A stretch of DNA of 62,885 bases, the filler included, from Aduncisulcus paluster (lineage: Eukaryota), in the NCBI GenBank assembly GCA_024181965.1. It is 11 parts of 11 records of this genome, joined end to end, with 100 filler letters (N's around TTAATTAATTAA, not from the genome) between each part and the next. Parts side by side here need not be neighbours in the genome. Positions count along the whole stretch, not along the records: positions 19,778 to 24,340 come from BQXS01011773.1; positions 24,441 to 45,347 come from BQXS01011774.1; 9 more parts are not named here. The stretch is one strand, 5' to 3'. The first letter of the stretch is position 1, and each line of letters opens with the position of its first letter. Shown here piece after piece: positions 23,501-34,666 of the stretch. The position numbers and the translations under genes were made by a program. The notes beneath the pieces were generated by a model that saw only the letters and a list, made by a program, of their open reading frames with translations, was not told where the DNA came from and made no database searches.

Positions 23501-24197
23501 CGAAGAGATTTATACAAAATATGGTTCCTTTGGGTCCAGAAAGTTCTTGGATGAAATTGAGAGAATTTGAAATAGTATCGTAAAGATATAAACATATTTT
23601 ACGTCTAACAGAACCTGTAGCAATGGCAAACCCCTTCATATAAGGCGAAAAAATGACATCACCAGAGAATAGGATTTCTTGAATATTGGGGAAAGGATGA
23701 GTGGAATAAGAGTCAAAATATCGAGAAGATATTGAAGATATAGATATTTTACCTGAAATAATGCGGGAATTGGTCAATAGAGCAATATAATGGAGAGAAT
23801 CGGACTCAAGAAGGAAACCACTGGCCAAGAAAAAGTGCTTCCTCTCAGTCATTGAGAGTAATTTAAGCTCAGAGGCAACGTTAATCGAAACTAAAAGCAA
23901 AAATCGTTGGCATGAACATAAGAAATACTTGTTTTCTTTGTGTGGAATGACCTGAGAGATATGATGGCACACCGCAGGAATACCAAGCGTCGATAGGGTC
24001 AACTTGCTTTTATCTATCGATTTCAAGGAGAGAGAATGTCCTCGACCTTTGAAAATTTTAAAAGAAATCACTGAGTTAGCATTTTCTTTATCATACTATA
24101 GATTCAATATCATTGACATGGTTCTAATAAACATACTGATTATATATTGAGATTCGTCCACAAATCTTGACGCAAAGACCCCTCCATGCTGATCCAT
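20548..24197 (-). CDS. WDR6: WDR6/Trm734-like WD40 protein; ATG 24197, intron 24047-24136; split by a gap duplication at 21874-21893
   Basis: Many WD repeats, with RHETRVW, HQSGVNSL..ITGGDD and AHKSSI..SAGYDSRV. The intron GTATGT..GCTAAC..TTTTCAAAG gives the N-terminus MDQHGGVFASRFVDESQYIIS|RGHSL. Confidence 0.72.
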
Positions 24198-24440
24198 TAT
24201 TGCAAAACAACATGTTTCTTGTGAATAGCGATAAGACAAGCCAAAATTCTAAATCTGAGGATATCATCGAAATGGCTAGTGTCATTCATTTGTAATTCAT
24301 TCCATTTATTATTTTATTTCATCATCAACATTATTCATGGNNNNNNNNNNNNNNNNNNNNNNNNNNNNNNNNNNNNNNNNNNNNTTAATTAATTAANNNN
24401 NNNNNNNNNNNNNNNNNNNNNNNNNNNNNNNNNNNNNNNN

Positions 24441-25096
24441 TCAGGCATTGAGGCAACAAATATGGTTTAAAGATGCAATTGGAGAATAGATACAGGATTA
24501 TGGGAGGGATACACAAGTATTATTTGGGTCGTGGAAATCAACAACTGTGTCAAAATGGGAAATTTTCCATCTCGAGCTTCGAAAGTTTCAAATACTTTCC
24601 AGTGGGGATGATAATGTGAAAAATGAACTCCATCAACGCTTGCTGACATGGGGATTTTAAACACATTTTTACTATTTTGGGACATGCTAGATCGCAGATT
24701 TCGTGCGATAATGAATGACATTTTCTCCAAAGGGGTACATGGAATATTGTGGAGCAATCAAAGTAATCCTCTTTTTCAGGCATTGAGGCAACAAATATGG
24801 TTTAAAGATGCAATTGGAGAATAGATACAGGATTATGGGAGGGATACACAAGTATTATTTGGGTCGTGGAAATCAACAACTGTGTCAAAATGGGAAATTT
24901 TCCATCTCGAGCTTCGAAAGTTTCAAATACTTTCCAGTGGGGATGATAATGTGAAAAATGAACTCCATCAACGCTTGCTGACATGGGGATTTTAAACACA
25001 TTTTTACTATTTTGGGACATGCTAGATCGCAGATTTCGTGCGATAATGAATGACATTTTCTCCAAAGGGGTACATGGAATATTGTGGAGCAATCAA
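24441..25096. repeat. Direct tandem duplication, 321 bp, period 335 (24441-24761 / 24776-25096)
   Basis: The ORF translations at 24467 and 24802 are identical; the repeat sits at a contig edge. Confidence 0.85.
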
Positions 25097-25460
25097 TGTA
25101 AGAATAACATTAATTCATGGCATTGTTTTCAAAATAGGTCACTAGAAATTTGAATTCATTGTAAACTACTTTTCAAGATTCCATGATATTTTTCAATCTT
25201 TTGCCAAAATATATGAGCAAGAGTGAACTCCGATTGAAATTGGAGCTACTCAAAAAGGCAACAATACTATGTCAATCAAAAGATTGCCAGGATTGTACAT
25301 TAAGTGATGACAGAACCTCCAAAGACATGCAGACAATCTTTTCAAAGAAAATAGATTCTATCTGATCGGACCTCATATGGTCACAATGTAGACTATTATT
25401 ACACTGTACTGTACTCTAATATACTATACTATACTCTACTATGCTATTTGTTAATTATTA

Positions 25461-28400
25461 TTATTTGGGGTCACTTTCTTCTTGAAGAATCAGCTCTCCT
25501 TCTTCCTCTTCTTCCTCCTCCTCCTCCTCTTCCTCCTCTTCTCTTATTTTTTTCTTTTCTTTCTCCCTCTTCTTTTCTTTTTCCAATTGGGTTTCTTTCC
25601 TTCCTCTTTCCAAAAACATGTAGGATAATTTAAAGATTCGATACATCGATTCCTTAGCTAATCTTCCATATAAATGATGCCGAATCAGACCTTTGGCCGC
25701 TATAAGTGGAGAGGCAATTCCACAGAGGAAATGACAGGTATTGTTTGCAATGGTCGTAATTTCATTGTCAGAAAGATCAAATACACTCGTAATGGTCCCT
25801 CCAATGAAAGAAGATTTCTTCTTCTGTTTCTCGACTTCTTTAATGAGTTTTCGCCGATATTTAGCATGTCCATTAGACTCTCCAAATACTCGTTTCTTAT
25901 GGCTATTCGAAGCAATTGATCTATGATGTTCCTTTGTGAGCGACAGAGTGGAATTCTCAACTATTTCTCTCACGCCAACCATATGGGAATATGGTGGGCT
26001 ATATTTGGGTACAGGGGGAAACATAAAATCAGAGTCAGTGTCAATTTCACCAAAGATAGATTCCCATATTTTGGAAAAACATGGAAGGGAAGGTGGGATT
26101 AAATCTGATGATATTTCTGAAGAGAGAATGCCGGAATAAGAGGTTGAATGTTCAAGACATGTGCAAAGTTTGTCAAAATATGATATTGTCGACATTGAAG
26201 ACTGTGAAGAAAATGCTTTCCATCTTTTCAGTTCAAGATACAACCATTGTCGGATCCACTCTTGCACAAATGCTGGATAATTGTCATCTTTTTGGCCGTG
26301 AATACAATCTGCTTGATTTGATTGCAAGAAAGAAGCACAATGCAGGAAGACCAAAGATCGTTTTAAATCGTACTGATGGATTTTTTCCATAACTTTCAAG
26401 GTTCTATTAACTTTTTTGGCCAAGCTATCAATATAAGACTCAGAAATACCCATTTTGGTTGCCGTATGACGCTCATCAATACTCCCATCCTCTCTCTTTG
26501 TCTCTCCCAAGGTTCTAGAGCTATTTCCCTTCCATACAAGAGAAATAGCCTTTCTNNNNNNNNNNNNNNNNNNNNCAAGAAAGAAGCACAATGCAGGAAG
26601 ACCAAAGATCGTTTTAAATCGTACTGATGGATTTTTTCCATAACTTTCAAGGTTCTATTAACTTTTTTGGCCAAGCTATCAATATAAGACTCAGAAATAC
26701 CCATTTTGGTTGCCGTATGACGCTCATCAATACTCCCATCCTCTCTCTTTGTCTCTCCCAAGGTTCTAGAGCTATTTCCCTTCCATACAAGAGAAATAGC
26801 CTTTCTGCCCTCGTGAATTATCTTCACGCCTTCGTTGAGACAAGCAAACCTTACCATTTCAAGGCAGCGAGGAAATGAAGAACAGATATCTTCTTCTTTA
26901 CAGTGTGAATGGCAGGAACAATCGTTATATTGATTTAAATCATCCAGGAGATCTCCTATCAAAACACTCACAGAACTGGTGCGAATAGAGCCAACAGAAC
27001 GAATGGAACGCCATAAATGTGGATGAATAGTCGTGGATAACATGTCCAATTCTTCTACAACATTCTCTGGAATGGTATAATCACATTCAATCGTATCTTT
27101 TCTGCACAGGACTTCTTTCTTTGACTGTACGTCTATTTCTTCTCTCTCTTCTTCTTCTCTCCCTTCTTCTTCTCTCTCTTCTTCTTCTCTCTCTTCTTCT
27201 TCGTCTTCCTCTTTCGATTTCTCTATTTTACAGAGGGTTGCCAATGTTTGCTTGTAGAATGTGAGTTTGTATGAATGGATTCCCTCGTCTTCTATCGAAA
27301 TATTAGAATATAAAGATATGAGAGATAAGATAGAGTGGAATAATGTTTCATTTACATTATATTCAAGGAGAATATCTTTAATATCTAATAAAATACAACA
27401 ATCATGCGACAATTCATCAATACAATCATCAGAAGCAATCGAACTGCCGCAACTTGTGCAGAACTTCTCAAAAATACTTCTAATTATAGAATAAACAACA
27501 TTATCAGAACGAATAGAATCGGTTCCTTTGTTCTTCTTCTCATAAGTATAGGAAACCTCATCAGCACATAATCTATTTTGGGACATGAGAAAGTCACTCA
27601 AGGAAAATATAAAATTAACAGGAAGAGGAGGAGGAAGAGGAGGAGGAAGAGAAGTGGATGAAAGGGAAGAGGAGAATCTACGTTTTGAAGCAGGATTGGA
27701 AGCGGGAGAGATTGGAATTCGATGGGGAGAAACATCTTCTTCTTTAAGACAAATAATCCTTGGTTTAATTGACTTACTTATTGATTTGGTTGAATTTTCT
27801 GGTCTTGTAGATCTATCTGATTTAACTGGGTTAATCGGTTGAATTTGTTGGTTTTTAAGAACTTTCTCAAAGAATTTGAGAGACATTGATTCCTCAGGGA
27901 TTGATATTTCTGTATCCAATTCAAAGACAATATCCTGAGTCTTTTTCTTGGATAAACTATTTTTAGATTTCTTACTTGATTTGCCCTCACAAACCGATCT
28001 ATTTTTAGATTTCTTTCTATGTTTAACTGATGATGCCCTTTCGTACGAACAATCCATAGATATTCTCTTGTATATTTGAGTAATGCTGCTAATCCCACAG
28101 ATACAAATGGCGCACACTCTTTCTCTTAGCTCTTCACATACTTCAACACAAGTGCATACAACATCGATTCTCCCTTGCATAACAGCGGACATGATTCGTT
28201 CACGTTGATCGTCATGAACAAATCCTTTCCAAACTTCAGCCCGTTTGGATTTGCCTTCAATGTATCGTTGACAAGCGTAACACGTGGTTAACGTGGAACA
28301 ATACACAAGGAGAAACCCAGGAGAGGACGAGGAAGAGGATGAGGAATATTTTTTGGAAGAGGGAGAAAATTTGGGTGAAGATTTGGGCATCATTAGAGAA

Positions 28401-29485
28401 GAAGATAAATATTTCTTTCGATTGAGATATAAATTAGAGTCTAAAATTTCTGAAACCTTTTTAAAGCGAGAGGATTCTTCTTCTTGAGTAAGGAATAAGG
28501 AAGAAATAAAAATATTGGACGGAATTTGAATATTTGTTTCATATTTATCTTTTTTACAATCAAAAGAGTTATGTGATGGAGGTGGAATGATCAATGAACC
28601 ACTAGAGAAAAGGAAGTGAAGATTAGGGGAGGGAATAATAGATTTCGTTGGATTTGTTGGTACTGATCTATTTATAGAATCTCTGAAATGAGAAAGTCTG
28701 CTTCTGAATATGGAATATGTTGGAGAAAATGAGGAAGAAAGCGGAGAAAGTGAACTAGAATCGAGGCAAGATATCAAACCAACCGAGAGTTTTGAACGGA
28801 AAAGCATGCGTTGGAACTCAGAAAGGAAATAAGAACGACCAGCAAAGTAAGGTGAAATAATAACACAAATCGGGGGTTTATCAACATATTTATAACTGAT
28901 AGAACCATTTGAGTTGTTGATAAGTTCAGTTCGATAGGAAAAAATACTCGAAAAACACTCCATAGTGTGCTCTCCCAGTCCTAATCCCAATCGTTTTATG
29001 CTTTTGAATGGATTCGTAATAGATATCGAAAAGGGACCATATTTAACGAAAGTTTTCTTTTGTTTTTTAATAGATGAATCATCTTTGGTTGATTCTTCTA
29101 TTTTTCCTCGCATGGAATAACCCTTTTCATATGCTGAATCTTTATCAACTAAATTAAGTTCTAAGGAATCTTTATGAACTGTTCTACGACGTTTCTTCTT
29201 AAAATGAAGTCGATCATATGATTTTGATAACGAATGAGCAAGGGAGTCGGGATCATCATACCCGGTAGTAATTGGCAAATAATCGTTATTGCTGTTGCAC
29301 TTTGGATTTGATGCAGAGATAGTATGGGTAATAAAGGTGTCAGGAGAGAAGATTTCCACCCTTGATCCGGTAGTTTGGATGAATGATTTCGAAAACGATA
29401 ATGATGGCGAAATAATGAGGTGAATTTGATTATTATGTAGACTCAAAGTATCATTAAGTATTTTTAGCGTCAATTCTGAATTCAT
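25461..29485 (-). CDS. Degenerate RecQ/RecQL4-like protein (probable pseudo-helicase); split by a gap duplication at 26556-26575
   Basis: CVIISPY (motif Ia-like); LLVYC..AEVWKGFVHDDQRERIMSAVMQGRIDVVCTC (helicase-C-like); C-terminal HFLCGIASPLI..HHLYGRL resembles the RecQ4-type ARxxxGIxSP motif. Confidence 0.55.
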
Positions 29486-29628
29486 ATTGACCAAAATGAG
29501 TGATTTCCTGGGTTGCAATCAAAAACGATTAAAATAGATATAAATACGCATCATATCCATCGAATTTAGAAAATATGATATGGAAAAGTGAATAATATAG
29601 TCTTTAAATTTATTAATACTTCTCATCT

Positions 29629-29740
29629 GAGTCATGATGATCACTTTAAGTTTCACTGATCATCTATGACATAGATGGATGATCCATCTATTATAGTTAA
29701 AGACATGCTTGTAATGATGACTCAACCCTAGCCTGAGCTC
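29629..29740 (+). ncRNA. Box C/D snoRNA with an SSU rRNA guide
   Basis: C box ATGATGA 29634-40; guide CTTTAAGTTTCA 29644-55, complementary to the conserved SSU sequence UGAAACUUAAAG; D' CTGA 29656-59; C' ATGATGA 29714-20; D CTGA 29733-36; terminal stem GAG(T)C/GCTC. Confidence 0.7.
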
Positions 29741-29768
29741 GATAATTTCACAAGAAGAAAATAGGGAA

Positions 29769-30714
29769 TCATTTTTTACTTCCCATCCCTTTTCCTTCTC
29801 CATATTGTCTCTTCTTTGCCTTTCCAAGACCTTTAAACTTTCTCAAGGCAATTTTAGATAGATCTTGTTTATCTACGTATAATCTTCCTTTCTTTTGACC
29901 CACAGTATCGAAGAATGTTTTATCTTTCTTCATTTGAAGCCGTTCCTTGAATACATATTCGGCCGACCGTTTCACAAGCTTATCAGGTTCACGATAACGT
30001 GTTAATTTCATTGATATGCGTGGTCCACATTCAGTGAGTGATGAAGCTGGTATCAAGGCAGATTCACCTTTTTGAAGATCAATGTGATACACCCTCATAT
30101 GAACATTTCTAGGGGTATCAAGGGGATTGGTTACAGCTATTGATTGGTCTGGGGAATTTGAGGTGAAAACAATCACCTGTTCAACAGAATGAAGGGACAT
30201 TTTATCCTGTTCAAAGCCACGGAAATAATCAAGCAAAAAGGGACGCATATCCATCGAAATGGGATCATTCATCCAAGCATCTCCCTGAAAAATAATCAGA
30301 GGACGAGAGGATATTTGTCTGGTTGGTACTTTGCGGAAACACTCTTCAGTTCTGGACTTAAAATCTGTAATATTAAATTCATACATATCATATATCTGAT
30401 CTTCAAATAAACGACCTAAGGTAAGACTATTTGGACGCTTCTTTTGATTATTTCCATACATAAATAAAGAACATTCTTTGCCACCGGCCCATTTCTCAAG
30501 TTTTGAAGGATCTTCAAAGGGATATACAAAATTTTTGGCGGTAAAGCGATAGATTTCGGGTCTTTTCAACCCAGACTAAAAACAAAAAAACAGATGAAAT
30601 AAGATTTTAGACGAGAATAGAAAAAAGAAAGATAATTATACATACAAGGTCAAAAAGAAGATCTTTCATTATTTTAGATGGCTTACTGCCATAGAGTACA
30701 AGAGACTTTTTCAT
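29769..30714 (-). CDS. RPF2: Ribosome biogenesis Brix-domain protein Rpf2; exon1 30646-30714, intron 30576-30645
   Basis: Motifs PFED..CSLF..KKRPNSLTLGRLF..DMYEF, LLDYFRG, LTECGPR and Q..LSKIALRKFKGL. The spliced N-terminus reads MKKSLVLYGSKPSKIMKDLLFDL|SGLKRP. Confidence 0.92.
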
Positions 30715-31411
30715 AATGGCACAAAATCGTTGATTGATGCTGTACTGTTCTAGTGGAAGGATTAATGAATGCTATCTAGGCGATCACAGCGATACAATAA
30801 ACTTTTAAACTCTTTTATTAAAATAATGAAGGCGAACATTTCTTATATCAACAGTGGGAGACTGATTGAAATTTTCCACATTATTCTACCAAAATAATGG
30901 AGTTTTATTGAACTAAATTGAACTAATTCTACAATATTATTCGAATTTATTTACATATTCATATAAAAACAAAACACATCCCAAGTTTGAAAGCGAGAAG
31001 GCCAATGCCCTACTTGATAAAGGGATATATATAAAAAAACAGACATTATCATGAAATTTCGCCATATCTCTGCATGTATTTCCAGAGAGAATAGAAATTT
31101 TCCGAAAATCATTTTACTGACCAAACCGATTTATGAAAGTCGTCGGGAAACGAATAAGCGAATTAAAACCTTAAGGTCAATAGAATATGAATATAAGCAA
31201 CATTTTTCCCTCAAAAGTTAGAAAAGAGAAAAGATGTTGAATGAAATATATAAAAAAAAATTGTGGAGCAACTTGCTCAGTATTACAAGTACTATACTAT
31301 ACTATTCTGCACTATTACTGTACAATATACTGAACTGAATAAAGTATTACATCCAACAACAAAAACACAACAGAATTAATAATTATGAAACTAAAAAATA
31401 TTAAAAGACCA

Positions 31412-31442
<31 letters not shown>

Positions 31443-31675
31443 CGATTAAAATAGAAAATATCAAAGCAATTAACTGAATGAATTAAAAATATCTCGAATT
31501 AATAAAAAGATTGAAGAGAGGAAATCTATGAGTATATATATTGGTAAATACAAATCCAATCGAGTTCACCCGTCTGGTACTATTCTGCACTATAATATAT
31601 CAGTATAGTATAGTACAATTCTCAGAAGCTATGAAGTACAGAAGGGAAATATAAGACATGCACATGTTTCTGCAT

Positions 31676-33004
31676 TCAAACAATATGACAAGTTCCATCA
31701 CTTGGTTGTTTACCAGTCTCGATATGAGGCTCTGTTTCGGCTGAATCAACCCATTCTTCCAATTGTTTGACAGTCTCCACATCACCTCCAAGCCTTCTCA
31801 TCCGCTCTATCCTCCTCTTCACTTGCTCTGCCGTTTCTTTCAATATCTCTTTGCCGATCTTCTGTCTCTGTGAGTTGATTGAATGTCTCATGAAGGTTCC
31901 AAGGCCGTTGAACGCAGTGTCAATCAGTAAGTCAGCGTTGTACATAGCAGGAAGAAGAGATTCTAAAACCTCCTTGAAGTGTCCTGGGGTCTCAACGGGG
32001 CATGGAATATGCTCTATGGGAATGGAGGTGTACCATTCAATGAGGGGATCAATTCCATCATCAATTTCGTACGTTTTTCCAAAGAACTTCGATGGCTTTT
32101 TATCCATACCTATCAAACGCCTTTCAAGTAAGATAAATAAAGCTATGGATGTTCGAAATAATATTTTATCGCCTTCAGAAAATAACGTGTCCCACAATCT
32201 TACAGTGGTGATGGATGGAAGTTTTGTGGTGAATATACACATAAGCCATGAGGTCAAGAACAATCTTAGGTCACAATGGTTCGTAATAAGCCATGAATAA
32301 ACCTTGGGACAGTATTTTTTGAGGAAAAATTGAACAACTAGGGAGTCAACCTGGACTTTCGCAAGGACTTGGGAAAAATAACCTGGGAGAAGATCATCGA
32401 CAACAGAATTCAGCATCCAGAACACCTCTTCCTCATTTTCAAAGAATAAAAATAGAAATGCGCAAATAAAGTTCATACTTTGGCAATACCCGACAGATTC
32501 ATTATAAATGGAGAAAGCCCGAAGAACACGGGCTATTTGATCCATAGTATCCGGTTCGCAGAGGTATCTATGGCCTGTGAATGTCCTAGAAATGTCTAAA
32601 GTAATCTGGCGAGTGCTGACTGTGTCGATGTCTTTCGACTTCTCACATAAATCCTTATATAAACCTGGATTGTTCGACATATTATGCTTAGCAAAGGACA
32701 TACGCATCCAAAGATGTGGACGGAATTGGGAAGGGATTCCTTCCCGACAAAGAAGCTTGATTTCCATCTCATGGCCATCAATCTTGTTGGGAGTATATGT
32801 ATCGAAGAATTCTCGCACTTCTTTGTCCGAAAGCTCAGTTGGTCCTTTTGGATATGACTTATAGTATTTCTGTAAATATGTTATCCATTTGACTTTTGTC
32901 TTAAAGCGTTGGGTATCTTGCCGAGCTCTTAATTGGCTCGAAATAGGAATGGTAACAAGAAATCCATGTTGATCATAAAGTCTATCATCATCATATTCCG
33001 GCAT
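31676..33004 (-). CDS. TBC-domain Rab GTPase-activating protein
   Basis: GIPSQFRPHLW, R-finger ITLDISRT, Q-finger GYCQSMNF, and RLWDTLFSEGDKILFR. Confidence 0.93.
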   Translation of the reverse strand: MPEYDDDRLYDQHGFLVTIPISSQLRARQDTQRFKTKVKWITYLQKYYKSYPKGPTELSDKEVREFFDTYTPNKIDGHEMEIKLLCREGIPSQFRPHLWMRMSFAKHNMSNNPGLYKDLCEKSKDIDTVSTRQITLDISRTFTGHRYLCEPDTMDQIARVLRAFSIYNESVGYCQSMNFICAFLFLFFENEEEVFWMLNSVVDDLLPGYFSQVLAKVQVDSLVVQFFLKKYCPKVYSWLITNHCDLRLFLTSWLMCIFTTKLPSITTVRLWDTLFSEGDKILFRTSIALFILLERRLIGMDKKPSKFFGKTYEIDDGIDPLIEWYTSIPIEHIPCPVETPGHFKEVLESLLPAMYNADLLIDTAFNGLGTFMRHSINSQRQKIGKEILKETAEQVKRRIERMRRLGGDVETVKQLEEWVDSAETEPHIETGKQPSDGTCHIV

Positions 33005-33578
33005 TTATAATAAATATCTGAATAAATATCATAAAATCGTTGTATATAGGAAGAGCATTTAAAAAAAAATAGGAAACACAATATTGTGAGCTACTAAAAG
33101 GAAAAAGGTAAATCATAATCACAAAAAACCAAAAAATAAACATACATCACCACTGGTAAGATGTGATGTTGGCCAAACTGATCAAAACAGAATTTCGACT
33201 TTTTTCAAGCNNNNNNNNNNNNNNNNNNNNGTAACAAGAAATCCATGTTGATCATAAAGTCTATCATCATCATATTCCGGCATTTATAATAAATATCTGA
33301 ATAAATATCATAAAATCGTTGTATATAGGAAGAGCATTTAAAAAAAAATAGGAAACACAATATTGTGAGCTACTAAAAGGAAAAAGGTAAATCATAATCA
33401 CAAAAAACCAAAAAATAAACATACATCACCACTGGTAAGATGTGATGTTGGCCAAACTGATCAAAACAGAATTTCGACTTTTTTCAAGCCGAAAGAGGAA
33501 ATATTTCCCAAAATAAAGACAAAAAATGTGAAATAAATTTGATGGGATATAATCAATCAAGCATACATGATTGTTTAT

Positions 33579-34365
33579 TTATTTCTTTCCTTTGGGAGGA
33601 AGTGATTCTGTGGTACCCTTTAACACATCAGATATAATATTATTGACGGTCATATCATCGGAAGGAAGACGAACTCCTTTGAATAATTCTGATAATTCTT
33701 CCATACTTCTTGCGCTATCCATAGATCTGGCAATCTTATCGAGATGGGTCATTTCTTCGATGGTTCGAGTGGCAATCGTAATTTGAGAATGAGCAAAAAC
33801 CCTAAGAAAATCTCTAATCGACGAGATTCTTTTCTTTTCATATATTGAAGTTCTTTGAATTAGATCTCTATTGTATGAAGCCAACAGAGTTTTTGCTTCA
33901 TCGTATTTCGGAGTTGCCTGAGTTTTGACAACATCATATTTATCAAAAGTTTTCAAACATTTCTTGTGATCGGTGAGAAGGTCCTTAATAACTCGTAATT
34001 CAATAATGTGAGAAAAAGCTTGATCCATAGAGGCTTGAAGACGTTCTGATTGAGCTTCTCGTAATCGTTCGATTCTACCAAGAATTTCAGCAGCTTCACG
34101 AAGGGGTTGACTTAACGAAGAACGTTCGTGACCACTATATTTAATCAGAGAACTTGCAAATAAATTACCCTCTCTCACTTGGGATTTCATTTTTCGAATA
34201 TACATCCTACCTTGTGAAAGAAGGACTTTTGAATGTTGAGAAATTTGATCATACTATAACAAAGCAACAAATAAATGGAAAATTAAGAAAACAGCGTGCA
34301 AAAAAAAGACGCAAAATCGGTCAGAAAAAACATACACCTAGCTTGAGCTGTGCATTGACATCCAT
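33579..34365 (-). CDS. FAM92/CIBAR-like BAR-domain protein; exon1 34336-34365, intron 34254-34335
   Basis: All-helical ~235-aa protein. REGNLFASSLIKYSGHE..L..AAE.L..IE..R.AQ.ERL resembles FAM92. The intron GTATGT..TTATAG restores an ATG. Confidence 0.6.
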
Positions 34366-34666
34366 TTGATAATATGATTAATAAATTGTGTTAAAATACT
34401 ATTTGCCTTCCTTTTGTACTTGGGGTCTTTGAATCTCAAGTCAAATTAACGCTGAAAATATTCTACTGTTAGTTTCAAAGTGTTAATGGTTATTTTTCTT
34501 CATTTTTTGCATAATTATTGATATAATAGATATTTTAAATATTTGTATGGCCCATAACATAAGAAATGGCCTATAAAAAATTAATGTTAAAAACGGGAGT
34601 TTGAAGGAGTTTACTAGAAATTGATATGTTTAACTATTAATGTTCGATAAGTTAACATTGAAATAA

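Noticed and set aside
24441..25365. Frame with several TAA/TAG stops, suggesting a TAR=Gln code as in hexamitids
   Set aside because: Well-conserved genes here end in TAA, TAG and TGA and contain no internal TAR. The region is more likely decayed or non-coding.
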